From NCBI GenBank assembly GCA_051362555.1, contig CM120645.1:7502001-7566000 (forward strand): a stretch of 64,000 nt of DNA, given 5' to 3'. Under the pieces are notes generated by a model. It was not told the origin of the DNA and did not search any database. It saw only the letters and a list, made by a program, of their open reading frames with translations. Source of the DNA: Lingula anatina (lineage: Eukaryota; Animalia; Brachiopoda). Below, in pieces: positions 41,798-54,950 of the stretch (its first letter is position 1; each line of letters starts with the position of its first letter). Made by a program: the position numbers and the translations under genes.

Positions 41798-42136
41798 TAG
41801 TTTTAAATGTTACTCTCACTCACCGTTGCAATGTCCAAACAACCGATTGGTTTTCGTTTTTGGCTTTTACAGTGTCCCTTTCGAGTTTGATTTAAACTGA
41901 TCAAAAACCGGAGTTTCCGACCAGGTTCCAGTTGTCTATACTTGAAGGAGTATATGACGGCGCAATATCACATGACACAATACACGTGATCACCAGTCAT
42001 CGCCCCTGATTACATTATAAAAACGTAATTCACTACGCCAGATTAAATGCACCCTGCACATGATTATTCTGTCATATCCGTTTATCGCTCACCGTAATAA
42101 TTTCCATACATAACCCTGGAGACAAAATTAAATTAT

Positions 42137-43470
42137 GTGTGAGATAATACACTGTCACCCGAGCGATATATGCCATAACACCTCGAGCGTTAGCGAGAGG
42201 TGTTCATGGCATATATCGCGAGAGGGTGACAGTGTATTCTTTGACATACATACCGAGAACAAATACAGTCATTTCATCCTAAAACACCCCTAAAACCGAA
42301 TAAAGTGACCCTATATCACGCTCTAGAGATGTTATACGGAATAAACTCGTCCACGTGCGCTGGTCACCTTCCGCCAAATTCTTACGTAATGTCTGACAAT
42401 TTGGTCAATTTTTGCTTAATACTTGTCGTGGACATTCAACTGGCTTGATAAGTATTTAATCAACCATCGACACTGACCATGCACGTCTCAGCTTAGCCAC
42501 ACCTAGCTGGGACTGCTGCGGAAACAAGGTCCCTCTACTTTTTAGTGACATTTCTGATAAAAAAGGAACTAATTTTTCACAAGTGCAAAGGAGAAAGAAA
42601 TTTACTTTTTGGTGATATTTCTAACAACGTGGCAGTTTCGGAATATATTCAAAATCGACGGATGTTTATTACAAGTTCACGGGAGTAATAATTTTTGTTT
42701 TTTATTTTCATTTCTGACGACGAGGCGGTTATGGAATATAGTCAAAATCAAACGGATGTTTAGTAATAATTCTACGTTTTGGTGACTATCTTTTTACTAC
42801 GAGGCGGTTTCGGAATTTACATGTGCTGGTTTTCAGAGCATTCATGTGCTACATATAATTACAAGTTCAAAGGGGGAATACATTTGATTTTTACCGATAT
42901 ATCTGATAATGAGGAAGAATGAACAGCTTAAAACAAAAGGTAAATAACACAACCCTCGTTAAAAAGTTACAGATTTACAAATAATTTGTATACACGTGTG
43001 TCTTGAATGTAAACTAATTCCCCTTTTCAAACCATACCCATATGATATGACTTAGTGTAATAAAATGATAAATAATAATTGTTAAACGTGAAAAGTCTAT
43101 GCTAATTTTTTTAAGAGCGTGAGAGATTTTAAATTTGTCTACTGCCAAAAGTGGTAAGAGACTGGTAGGTATATAACGCAAGCAGCGTCACTATTCTCTT
43201 GATGCCAAGAAGGTCACATGATCACTCTGTCTTTGGCTTTCATCATTTAAGAGACCTCGACTGATTTAACCAAGATGTAGTCGTGAAATTCTAGACTACA
43301 TCGAGGTTAAATCCGAGTTTTCCGAGAGACGCTACGCAGAAATGTCGAGTGAAGCGAGGCATTTTTGGGTAGCGGCTCGAGGTTGCCTTCGATCTTCACT
43401 GAAGCTTGCCTAAATGGACAGGCCTCAGTGATCATCATATCGCCACGGTCATATAACATTCCTAGGTATG
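42137..43470. mobile_element. Non-coding 1.3 kb interspersed element with ~100 bp subterminal hairpin (copy 1)
   Basis: Inserted into ..aaattat|acataaaagc.. (empty site at ~51645 and ~53765). Begins gtgtgagataatacactgtcaccc with a long palindrome at ~42147-42237; ends acattcctaggtatg. Second copy at 54951-56135. Confidence 0.75.
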
Positions 43471-43749
43471 TATACATAAAAGCATAACACAAAACTGACA
43501 TCTAATACGGATCATTTGTCTCCGCGTTTTAGCCCTGTGTTGTATTTGCGTTACGTTGCAATATATTGTCCAGGCATAGCACATGGGTAAACAAAAGAAG
43601 ATTGATTGCATCCGTTCAGCATCTTAAATCATAAAGCCCGAAAATGACAAAACATTACAGATAATCTCAATTCCGTTTATTACATTTCAATATAATTTAA
43701 TTTAAATCATACTCGGTTACAAAATATTGAGACAATAGTGATTGCCGTT

Positions 43750-44232
43750 TCACTGCGGACAGTCCTTCCTGCTCTTCACACATTGGGTGCTGGTCTCGCT
43801 GACCCGGATTTTCTTGTCCTGGGGGCAAGCACAGCCAGAGACACACATCATGACACAGAACAATTGTTCCTCTTTCCCGCAAATCTGCGGACACGCGGAA
43901 CCGCAGGAATACCATTGCAAATCTCCCGGGCATATTTTAGTTGGCTCGGTTGGTGTCAATTTCTTCCCTAGATGTGAATCGTAAAGTATTCTCATTTGGT
44001 TGTATTTATTGTTAGTATGTGTCACTTAGGTGGTAAGAGACTCGTTTTCAAAGAAGAAATTCAGAATTCCAATATAATATTGGAAGGCAAATCAGCTACC
44101 TGCATATATACTGTTGTCAATGGACAAAAATGACTTCGCTCAAATCAAAACCGTTACTAATGGCACTTCTTACTTACGTCTGCAGTCTATCCCAACTGCC
44201 AGTAAGAGTACAAAGACAATTACAATCTTCAT
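43750..44232 (-). CDS. Secreted TIL inhibitor 6 (subfamily B; loop CVMMC)
   Basis: Exons 44178-44232 (MKIVIVFVLLLAVGIDCR) and 43750-43967 (R-KKLTPTEPTKICPGDLQWYSCGSACPQICGKEEQLFCVMMCVSGCACPQDKKIRVSETSTQCVKSRKDCPQ*). Confidence 0.9.
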
Positions 44233-46955
44233 CTTATCAGAGTTGACCTGGAATTATGGTTTGAAATAAACTATATACAAGACGCATGAATTATGGCATT
44301 AGATTATAATTCTTAAGCAGTTTTTTCCGGTAAATTACTTTTTCAGTTTGCATTTATGCTTTTTTCTTGCAATTTTGACAAAGTAAACAAAGTTTATCAT
44401 AACACTTGATGCTTTAAAACAATGAGAAATCTGAAAGTGCTAAGTATGTATGAAGTTCGTGGCCGCAGGAAATAAAGGTTGAATGCATAATGCATTTTTC
44501 TTGCAATTTTCACAAAGTAAACAAAGTTTTATTATAACACTTGATGCTATAAAACAATGAGAAATCTGAAAGTGCTAAGCATGTATGAAGTTCGTGGCCA
44601 CAGGAAATAAAGGTTGCGTGCATAATATGAAGCTGCATAATGCATATGTTTGTGTTGTGATAAGATTGTTTCTGATATTTGACAAAAACTTGGGGTTAAA
44701 ATAGAGAATCAAATCAATGCCATTTAGCTAATACAGCATAAAGGGATCCGGTTTTCAGTCTTTCAACAACAAAGTATCAAGTAAGATGCAAGAACAAATA
44801 TGTGCATGCACTTAGAACATGTGTTTGCCAAAACGGTTCTACTGGGATTTGGAATAAAATATCCTGAATCTTAAAAATCTGGGTAAATATTCTGGGAATA
44901 AGTGCATATGTGATATAAACGACAGGCCTCCTGTTCATGTTCACGAGCATCTAAACAAACAAACAAACAAACAAACAAACAAACAAACAAACAGCCACAC
45001 ATAAAACAGAACCAAAGTAAATGACTGCGGAAAATTGTTGTCATTTTTGTCAGACGTCGAAGTTACTGTAGTGAACATGACATTTTGTCAAGGATAAATT
45101 TATTGAGAATAAGCAGGTAGTATGCGACGGTGCTGGGTGGAACGTGTCGCTTTTCTCAATCAGTTATATAATGAGCGGAGCATTCAATGTGCAATATTAA
45201 TGTTCATTTTTACTTTTCACTCGATGTGTCATTACATCAAGTCCTTTTAGATAACAAGAGTCAGAGAGTGAGAAGCCAGAATAAAAATTTAATTGCAAAT
45301 CGATCCACGTTTGCAAGTCTATATGCCTTCAACGTTCAACTTATCAAAAAATTACACGTTATTGTGTAAATGAAATGAAAAAGGTAAATGAAAAAGTACG
45401 TATTGTGATACAAACACCGACCCATCGACTTAACACAAATAAATGTTTTAATATAACTATCACCCACCGTTGCCATTTCCAAACAGCCTGTTGATCTCCT
45501 CGTTGGTCTTCAACAGTGGTCCTTTCAAGTTTGATTTAAACTGATCCACGTTTGCATGTCCATAGGGCATCAGCGTTCAACTTATCAACAAAATTAAACA
45601 ATATTGTGTAAATGTATGTACATGTACTAGTATGTATTGTATAACAAACAAGAACCCATCGACTTAACATAAATGAAAGTTTTAATATCACTATCACCCA
45701 CCGTTGCAACGAACAAACTACAAGAAACTACCTAGTAAGACGCAAGAACTAATGTGCATGCACTAAGAACATGCCTCTGCCAAAAGGTTCCACTGGGATT
45801 TGATTAAATATGTTGAATCTTAAAATATCTGGGTAAATATTCTGGGAATAAGTGCTTGCATGACATAAGGGACAAGCATCCTGTTCATGTTAAGAAGCCT
45901 CTAAACAAAGAAACAAACAAACATAAAATAGAACCATAGGAAACGCGTCTGAAGAAATTTGTTGACTGATCTGAGACATTTTGTTCACACGTCGTAGTTA
46001 CTATAGTGAATATGACATTTTTGTCAAGGATAAATTTAATGAGACGATGCAGATAGTTGGCGACGATGCTGGGTGGAACGTGCCGCTTTTGTCACTCAGT
46101 TTTGTAATGAGCGGATCATTCAGACTGCAGTATTAATGTTCATTTTTACTTTTAACTCGGTATGTCAATACATGACGTCCTTTCAGATATCAACGGTAGG
46201 ATTTAGAAGTCAGAGTGAATTTTTAAATTGCAAATCGATTAACGCTTGAAAGTCCTTATGACATCAGCTTTCAATTTACCAACAAAATTTAACGTAATTG
46301 AGTAAATGTATAGGCACATGTACTAGTGTGTATAGGAAAACAAACAATGACCCATCGACTTAACACAAATAAAAGTTGCAATTCCAAACAGCCTGTTGAT
46401 CTTGGTGCGTGTCTTCAACAGTGACCATTTCAAGTTTGATTAAAACTGATAAAAAACCAGCCATCGACCATATGTTACAGTCGTTTATACTTAAAATGAG
46501 GATATGCTGGTGCAATATCACATGACACAGATCACGTGATCACCAGTCACCGCCCCTTTGATGATTACGTCATATCAATGTTATTTACTACTCCATCTCA
46601 GATGTACCCTGTACAAGATGATTCTGTTATTTCGCTCCCCATAATGATTTCCAAACATACCAGTAAACCTGGAGACAAAATTAAATTATACATACAAGCA
46701 TAACGACAATTTTATGCCATACAAAACTGACATCTAATATGGATCATTTGTCTTCTTTTTGCTGTGTTATATTTGAGTTCGATACTAAAGTACTGAGGTA
46801 AACAAAAGGGAATGGATTGCATCCGATCAGCATCTGATATCATAATGCCCAAAAAAGACAAAGTATTGCAGATAATCTCAATTATGTTTATTATATTTCA
46901 TTTTAATTAAAATCATACATGGTGACAGAATATTGAGACAATAGTGATTGCTGTT

Positions 46956-47463
46956 TCACTGCGGACAGTCCTCCCTACTCTCCACACACTTGGTGCTGGT
47001 CTCGCTGACCCGGATTTTTTTGTCCCGGGGACAAGCACATCCAGAGGAACACCACATGTTGCAGTACGGTTTTTTCCCGCAAATCTGCGGACACGCGGAG
47101 GCGCAGGAAAACCATTGCAAATCTCCTTCACATCTATTAATTTGATTGTTTCGCACGAACTCCTTCACTAGATATGAATCGTAAAGGAAAATATTTAGGA
47201 CTAAAGTACACTCTTTTGGTAGTATTTATTGTTTCTATGTATCATTAAGATAATAAGAGACTCGTTGTCAAAAACGAACTGAAGAAATCTAATAAAAATT
47301 GGATGGCAAATCAGTTTTATACAAAAGAACAAAAATGACTTCACCAAAATCAACGTTGGACTGAATGGTTTTCTAAAAAGTTACTAATGGCACTTTATTC
47401 TTACTTACACCCGCAGTCTATCCCAGCTGCCAGTAAAACTACAAAAACAATCACGATCTTCAT
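46956..47463 (-). CDS. Secreted TIL inhibitor 7 (subfamily B; loop CNMWC, shortened C4-C5 segment)
   Basis: Exons 47409-47463 (MKIVIVFVVLLAAGIDCG) and 46956-47167 (L-KEFVRNNQINRCEGDLQWFSCASACPQICGKKPYCNMWCSSGCACPRDKKIRVSETSTKCVESREDCPQ*). Confidence 0.85.
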
Positions 47464-48079
47464 TTTATCAGAGTTGACCTAAAATATAATTGTTTGAAGT
47501 AAACGATAGACAAAACACATGAGATGACATCAGGTTATAATTCTTATGCAAAGTTTTCATCGGCAAATCAATTTTTCAGTTTACATAAATGCTTCTTTTC
47601 GGCAATTTTAGCAAAACAGATTTTATCTTATTTCTTCTGCTAAAACAATGAGATAGCAGGCAGTGGCAAGCATATATGAAGTTTGTAGCCACAGGAAATA
47701 ACGCAAGAACTATTATGTGCATGCGTCTGCCAAAACGGTTACACTGGAAATAACTGCTGTAGTAAATATGTCATTTTTGTCAACGATTAATTTAATGACA
47801 CTTAGCAGGTAGTTTGCGCCGATGCTGGATGGAACGTGCCGCTTTTGTCACTCAGTTTTTTAATGAGCGGAGCATTCAGACTGCAGTATTAATGTTCATT
47901 TTTACTTTAAACTCGGTATGTCATTACATATATGTCCTTTCAGACAACAACGGTTGGAGAGTGAGAAGTCTGAGGGAATTTTTTAAATTCCAAGTCGATC
48001 AACGTTTGGAAGTCCATATGGCTTTAGCGTTCAACTATCCCACAAAATTTAACGTTTTTGTGTAAAAGCAGGTAATTGT

Positions 48080-48748
48080 CACCCTGAGCTTCTGAGATAA
48101 CTTGACACTAACCTCTTCACAATAGCCTATCTTCATCGTGTCAAGTTACCTCTGACCACATTCGATTGCCCCCGCCGCCCGCCAATCAAATTTAAAGCCC
48201 GCACTCAATGACTCATTGAACGATCTTGCCAATGAACGCGAACGAGTCAAAGCGCGCTTTGTTCAAATCCGGACCAATCAGAGATAAGGCTCTATATCAG
48301 GGACTTGCCGTAACCTGTGGGCAGCACGCAAAATACATCATCCCTCAGTAGATAATGATGCAGGGCCTCAAACTGCTCTGGTTTCAATTCCGATATACTC
48401 ATATTTTGCAAAGAATCAAGAGATAACTTAACACATTATTTTACGTGGTCACTCGTAGAAGACGCCATGCTTTCTTTGTGTACGGTTATGCACTCGGCAC
48501 TACTCGGATGTCTCCGCACTCGACAATAACTTTGTTGTTAGTATGGAGCTTGCGGAAGCAGCCGAGGATTACCGATTGACGGTCAACCAAACAGCGTTTT
48601 CACCAAACTTTGGTGAAAAATTTTGAAACTTGGATTCGATTGGCTTATATAAACTAGGTCAAACTATTTTCGTCAGAGGTAACTTGACACGATGAAGATA
48701 GGCTATTGTGAAGAGGTTAGTGTCAAGTTATCTCTGAAGCTCAGGGTG
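48080..48748. mobile_element. Young MITE with 77-bp TIRs (CACC...GGTG)
   Basis: 48080-48156 is the reverse complement of 48672-48748 with one mismatch; no ORF; empty site visible in the paralogous spacer at ~53365-53385. Confidence 0.9.
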
Positions 48749-49122
48749 GTACATGTAATTGTGCGTATCGAAATATAAAATAGGCACCGTCGACCAAACA
48801 CATGTAAATACTTATAAATGTTACTATCACTCACCGTTGCAATGTCCAAACAGCCGATTGATTTTCGTATTTGGCTTCAACAGTGGCCCTTTTGAGTTTG
48901 ATTTAAACTGATCAAAAACCGGAGTTACGGACCATATGTTGCAGTCTCCTATACTTGAAGGAGTATATGCTGGCGCAATATCACATGACACAATACATGT
49001 GATCACCAGTCACCGCCCCTGATTATATCATAAAATGTAATTCACTACTCCAGCTAAAATGCACCATGCACAAGATGACTCTGTCACATAGTTAACCGTT
49101 ACTAATGGCAGATCTTACTTAT

Positions 49123-49177
49123 ACTTGCAGTCTATCCCAACTGCTAGTAAAAGTACAAAGGCAATCACGATCGACAT
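49123..49177 (-). pseudogene. Orphan TIL signal-peptide exon (TIL exon deleted, donor mutated)
   Basis: Reads MSIVIAFVLLLAVGIDCK; the normal donor gtaag is ataag; sequence jumps to spacer sequence at ~49090 with no TIL exon. Confidence 0.8.
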
Positions 49178-50638
49178 TTTATTAAAGTTGTCTTAAAATT
49201 ACTGTTTGTAATAAACGATAGACAAATTACATAAGATGTCATTAGATTATATTTCTTATGGAAAATTTAATCGGTTAATTAATTTTTCAGTTTGCTTATA
49301 TGCTTTTTTCGTCATTTTTAACAAATTGTAGATATTTCATCTAAATACTTGATGTTAAAAAATGAGATAGCAGGCAGTGGCAAGCATGTATGAAGTTTGT
49401 GGCCACAGGAAATAACCCAAGAACTACTATGTGCATGCACTATGAACCTGCGTCTGCCAAACCGGTTCCACTGGAAATAAAATATTTTAAATCTAAACAC
49501 ATCTTGGTAAAGTAGTCTAGGAATAAGTGCATGTGCGACATAAGCGACATACGTCCTGTTCCTGTTACCAAATTAAGCCTCATTGCATTAAGTCCTATCA
49601 GATTTCAATGGTCGAAGAGTGAGAAGCCAGAGTAAAAAATTTAGTTGCAAATCGATCCACGTTTGCATGTCCATAGGGCATCAGCGTTCAACTTATCAAC
49701 AAAATTAAACGCTGTTGTTTATATGTATGTACATGTACTAGTATGTATTGTATTACAAACAAGAACCCATCGACTTAACATAAATGAAAATTTTAATATC
49801 ACTATCACCCACCGTTGCAACAAACAATCTACAAGAAACTACCTAGTAAGACGCAAGAACTAATGTGCATGCACTAAGAACATGCCTCTGCCAAAAGGTT
49901 CCACTGGGATTGGATTAAAATATCTTGAATCTTAAAATTCTTGGTAAATATTCTGGGAATAAGTGCATGTATGACATAAGCGACAGGAATACTGTTCATG
50001 TTAACAAGCTTCCAAACATACAAACAAACAGACAAACAAACATAAAATAAAACCATAGGAAACGGCTGCAGAAAATTGTTGACTGATCTGAGACATTTTG
50101 TTCACACGTCGTAGTTACTATAGTGAATATGACATTTTTGTCAAGGATAAATTTAATGAGACGATGCAGATAGTTGGCGACGATGCTGGGTGGAACGTGC
50201 CGCTTTTGTCACTCAGTTTTTTAATGAGCGGAGCATTCAGACTGCACTATTAATGTTCATTTTTACTTTTAACTCGGTATGTCATTACATGAAGTCCTTT
50301 CAGATATCAACGGTAGGATTTAGAAGTCAGAGTGAATTTTTAAATTGCAAATCGATTAACGTTTGCAAGTCCTTATGACATCAGCGTTCAATTTACGATA
50401 CAAAACTGACATCTAATATGGATCATTTGTCTTCTTTTTGCTGTGTTGTATTTGAATTCGATACTAAAGTACTGGGGTAAACAAAAGGGAATGGATTGCA
50501 TCCGATCAGCATCTGATATCATAAAGCCCAAAAATGACAATTAAAGTATTGCAGATAATCTCAATTCTGTTAATTATATTTCATTTTAATTAAAATCATA
50601 CATAGTGACAGAATATTGAGACAATAGTGATTGCCGTT

Positions 50639-51404
50639 TCACTGCGGACAGCCTCCTTCTCGTCACACACTTGGTGCTGGTCTCGGTGACCCGGATTTTT
50701 TTTGTCCCGGGGACAAGCACATCCAGAGGAACACCACATGTTGCAGTGCGGTTTTTCCCGCAAATCTGCGGACACGCGGAGGCGCAGGAAAAACATTGCA
50801 AATCTCCTTCACATCTATTAATTTGATTGTTTCGCACGAACTCCTTCACTAGATATGAATCGTAAAGGAAAATATTTAGGACTAAAGTACACTCTTTTGG
50901 TAGTATTTATTGTTTCTATGTATCATTAAGATAATAAGAGACTCGTTGTCAAAAACGAACTGAAGAAATCGAATAAAAATTGGATGGCAAATCAGTTTTA
51001 TACAAAAGAACAAAAATGCGGACACGCGGAGGCGCAGGAAAAACATTGCAAATCTCCTTCACATCTATTAATTTGATTGTTTCTCACCAACTCCTTCACT
51101 AGATATGAATCCTAAAGGAAACTATTAATGACTTGAGTATACTCTTTTGGTAGTATCTATTGTTTCTATGTATCATTAAGATAATAAGAGACTCGTTAAA
51201 AAATAAAAGAAGAATTGTAGAAATCTAAAAAAAATGGAAGGCAAATCAAGTCAATACAATCGCCAAAGGACAAAATGGACTCCACCCAAATCAACGTCGG
51301 ACTGCATGGTTTTCTAAACAGCTACTAATGGCACTTAATTCTTACTTACACCCGCAGTCTATTCCAACTGCCAGTAAAACTACGAAGACAATTACGATCT
51401 CCAT
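50639..51404 (-). pseudogene. TIL copy 8: frameshifted, partly duplicated, chimeric pseudogene
   Basis: TIL exon 50639-50848 closely matches gene 7 but has -1 and +1 indels in T-runs, a -2 change near the 3' end and W->C. A truncated extra exon copy lies at 51017-51098 (250 bp offset). Signal exon 51350-51404 reads MEIVIVFVVLLAVGIDCG. Upstream module deleted at ~51610. Confidence 0.75.
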
Positions 51405-51929
51405 CTTATAAGTGTTGACCTGAAAATATAATAGTTTGAAATAAAAGATCGAGAAAACACATGGGATGGCTTTATATTATGATCCTTATGCAAATTGTTT
51501 TGGGCTAAATTAATTTTTTCAGTTTGCATAAATGCTTTTTTTTAATTTTAAAAAATCATAGATATTTTATCTTAACACTTTTTGCTAAAGCAATGAGATA
51601 GCTGAAAGTGATGATTCCCAAACATAACCCTGGAGACAAAACTAAATTATATATAAAAGCATAACACAAAACTGACATCTAATATGAATCATTTGTCTCC
51701 GTGTTTTAGCCCTTTGCTGTGTTGTATTTGCGTTACGTTGCAATATATTGTCCAGGCATAGTACTTGGGTAAACAAAAGAAGATTGATTGCATCCGATCA
51801 GCATCTTATATCATAAAGCCAGAAAAGGACAAAACATTACAGATAATATCAATTCCGTTTATTATATTTCAATATAATTAAAATCATACTCGGTGACAAA
51901 ATATTGAGACGAAAGTGATTGTCGTTTCA

Positions 51930-52388
51930 CTACGGACAGTCCTCCCTACTCTTCACACATTGGGTGCTGGTCTCGCTGACCCGGATTTTCTTGTCCTGGG
52001 GGCAAGCACATCCAGATACACACACCATGATGCAGAACAATTGTTCCTCTTTCCCGCAAATCTGCGGACACGCGGAACCGCAGGAAAACCACTCCAAATC
52101 TCCCGGGCATATTTTAGTTGGCTCGGTTGGTTTCAATTCCTTCCCTAGATGTGAATCGTAAAGTACTTAAGTATTCTCATTTGGCTGTATTTCTTGGTAG
52201 TATGTATCTCGTAGGTGATAAGAGACTCGTCTTCAAAGAAGAATTCTAATATAAAATTGGAAGGCAAATCAGTTATATACAGTTGTCGACTTCGCGAAAA
52301 TCAAAACCGTTACTAATGGCACTTCTTACTTACGTCTACAGTCCATCCCAACTGCCAGTAAGAGTACAAAAACAATTACAATCTTCAT
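51930..52388 (-). CDS. Secreted TIL inhibitor 9 (subfamily B; loop CIMVC)
   Basis: Exons 52334-52388 (MKIVIVFVLLLAVGMDCR) and 51930-52144 (R-KELKPTEPTKICPGDLEWFSCGSACPQICGKEEQLFCIMVCVSGCACPQDKKIRVSETSTQCVKSREDCP*). Confidence 0.9.
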
Positions 52389-54018
52389 CTTATCAGAGTT
52401 GACCTGAAAATGTAATGGTTTGAAATAAACTATATACAAGACACATGAGATATGGCATTATAATTCTTAAGCATTTTTTTCCGGTAAATTATTTTTTCAG
52501 ATTGCATATATGCTTTTTTGCAATTTTAACTAAGTAAAGATTTTTATTATAACACTTGGTGCTATAAAACAATGAGAAATCTGGAAGTGCTGCGCATGTA
52601 TGAAGTTCTTGGTCACAGAAAATAAAGGTCGTATGCATACTATGACGCTGCATACTGCATATGTTTGAGTTGTGATAAGACTGTTTCTGATATTTGACAA
52701 AACTAGGGGTTAAAAGTGAGAATCAAAACAATACCATTGAGCTACAACAAGCAAAGATTCTCAATCTTTTTACAACAAACTATCAAGTAAGACGCAAGAA
52801 TACAAATATGTACATGCACTAAGAACCTGTGTCTGCCAAAGCGGTTCTACTGGGATTTAATAAAATATCTTGAATCTAAAAAATCTGGGTAAAATCATTT
52901 TGGAATAAGTGCATGTATGGCATAAGCGACAGGCCTTCTGTTCATGTTAACAAGCCTCTAAACAAACAAACAAACAAACAAACAAACATAAAATAGAACC
53001 AAAGGAACTGCGGCATATTTTGACTGATCCAAGTCATATTTGTCACACGTAGTTGTTACTGTAGTGAATATGACATTTTGTCAAGGATAAATTTAATGAG
53101 ACTAAGCGGGTAGTATGCGACGATGCTGGGTGGAACGTGTCGCTTTTGCCACTCAGTTATATAATGAGCGGAGCATTCAATGTGCAATATTAATGTCCAT
53201 TTTTACTTTTAACTCGAAATGTCATTACATTAAGTCCTTTTAGATAACAACAGTCAGAGAGTGAGAAGCCAGAGTAAAATGTTTAATTGCAAATCGATCA
53301 ACGTTTGGAAGTCCATAGGGCTTCAACGATAAACTGTCCCACAAAATTTAACGTTTTTGTGTAAAAGCAAGCAATTGTGCGTATCGAAATCTAAAATAGG
53401 CACCGTCGACTAAACACAAATGAATATAGTTATAAATGTTACTATCACTCACCGTAGCAATGTCCAAACAACCGATTGATTTTTGTATTTGGCTTCAACA
53501 GTAGCCCTTTCGAAGTTGACTTAAACTGATCAAAAACCGAAGTTACCGACAATATGTTACAGTCGTCTATACTAGAAGGAGGATATGCTGGGGCAATGTC
53601 ACATAACACAGTACACGTGATCACCAGTCACCGCCCTTGATTACATCATAACAATGTCATTCACTACTCCAGCTAAAATGTACCCTGCACAAGATGATTC
53701 TGTCATATCCGTTTATCGCTCCCCGTAATGATCCCCAAACATAACCCTGGAGACAAAATTAAATTATACATACAAGCATAACGACAATTTTATATCATAC
53801 AAATCTGACATCTAATATGGATCATTTGTCTTGGTCTTTCTGTGTTGTATTTGCGTTTCGTTACTAGAGTACTGAGGTAAACAATATCAGCATCTTATGT
53901 AATAAAGCCCAAAAATGACAAAATATTGCAGATAATCTCAATTCTGTTTATTATATTCCATTTTGATTGAAATCATACTTGTTGACAGAATATTGAGATA
54001 ATAGTGATTGCCGTTTCA

Positions 54019-54533
54019 CTACGGACAGTCCTCCCTACTCTTCACACACTGGGTGCTGGTCTCGCTGACCCGGATCCTCTTGTCCCGGGGACAAGCACAG
54101 CCAATGGCACACATCTGGATGCAGCGGAGTTGCTCCTTTTTCCCGCAAACCAGCGGACACGCGGTACCGCAGGAGAACCACTCCAAATCTCCCGGACATA
54201 AGCTTGCTAGGTAGGTTGGCCCCAATGTTTCCACTAGATTGAATTAATTTTTTTTTAAATATGAAGTACAAAGTATACTCGTTTGGTTGTATTTATTGTT
54301 ATTATTCACATCACGGTTACAAAAGACTCGTTTTCAAAGAAAAGTTTAGAAATTTAATTTAAAAAAAAAAATGGAAAGCAAATTAGTTTTATACAATTGC
54401 CAATGAACAAAAATTACTTTACCCCAATGAACGTGAGACTGGTTTTCTTAACCGCTACTAATGGTACTTCTTACTTACTATTGCAGTCTATCCCAACTGC
54501 TAGAAAAAGCACAAAGACAGTCACGGCCTTTAT
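54019..54533 (-). pseudogene. TIL copy 10 (loop CIQMC): start codon ATG->ATA; pseudogene or signal-less variant
   Basis: Exon 54479-54533 reads (ATA)KAVTVFVLFLAVGIDCN. TIL exon 54019-54233 is intact (ETLGPTYLASLCPGDLEWFSCGTACPLVCGKKEQLRCIQMCAIGCACPRDKRIRVSETSTQCVKSREDCP*). Splicing joins A|TG into an in-frame ATG. Confidence 0.65.
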
Positions 54534-54950
54534 CTTATTAGAGTTGCCTTGGAATTACTGTTTGAAATAAACGAAAGACAAAACACATTAGATGTCATTA
54601 GATTATATTTCTTATGCAAATTTTTTATCGGTAAATTAATTTTTCAGTTTGCATATATGCTTTTTTTGTCAATTTTAACAAACTGTAGATATTTCATCTT
54701 AATACTTGATGCTAAAAAAATTAGATAGCTGGAAGTGGCAAACATGTATGAAGTTTGTGGTCACAGGAAATAACCCAAAAACTGCTACGTGCATGCAATA
54801 TGAGCGAGCACTCGTCTGCCAAAACGGTTCCACTGGAAATAAAATATCTTAAATCTAAACATATCTTGGTAAAGTAATTTGGGAATAAGTGCATGTATGA
54901 CATAAGCTACAGGCGTCCGGTTCATGATACCAAGTATCTAAACAAAGAAA

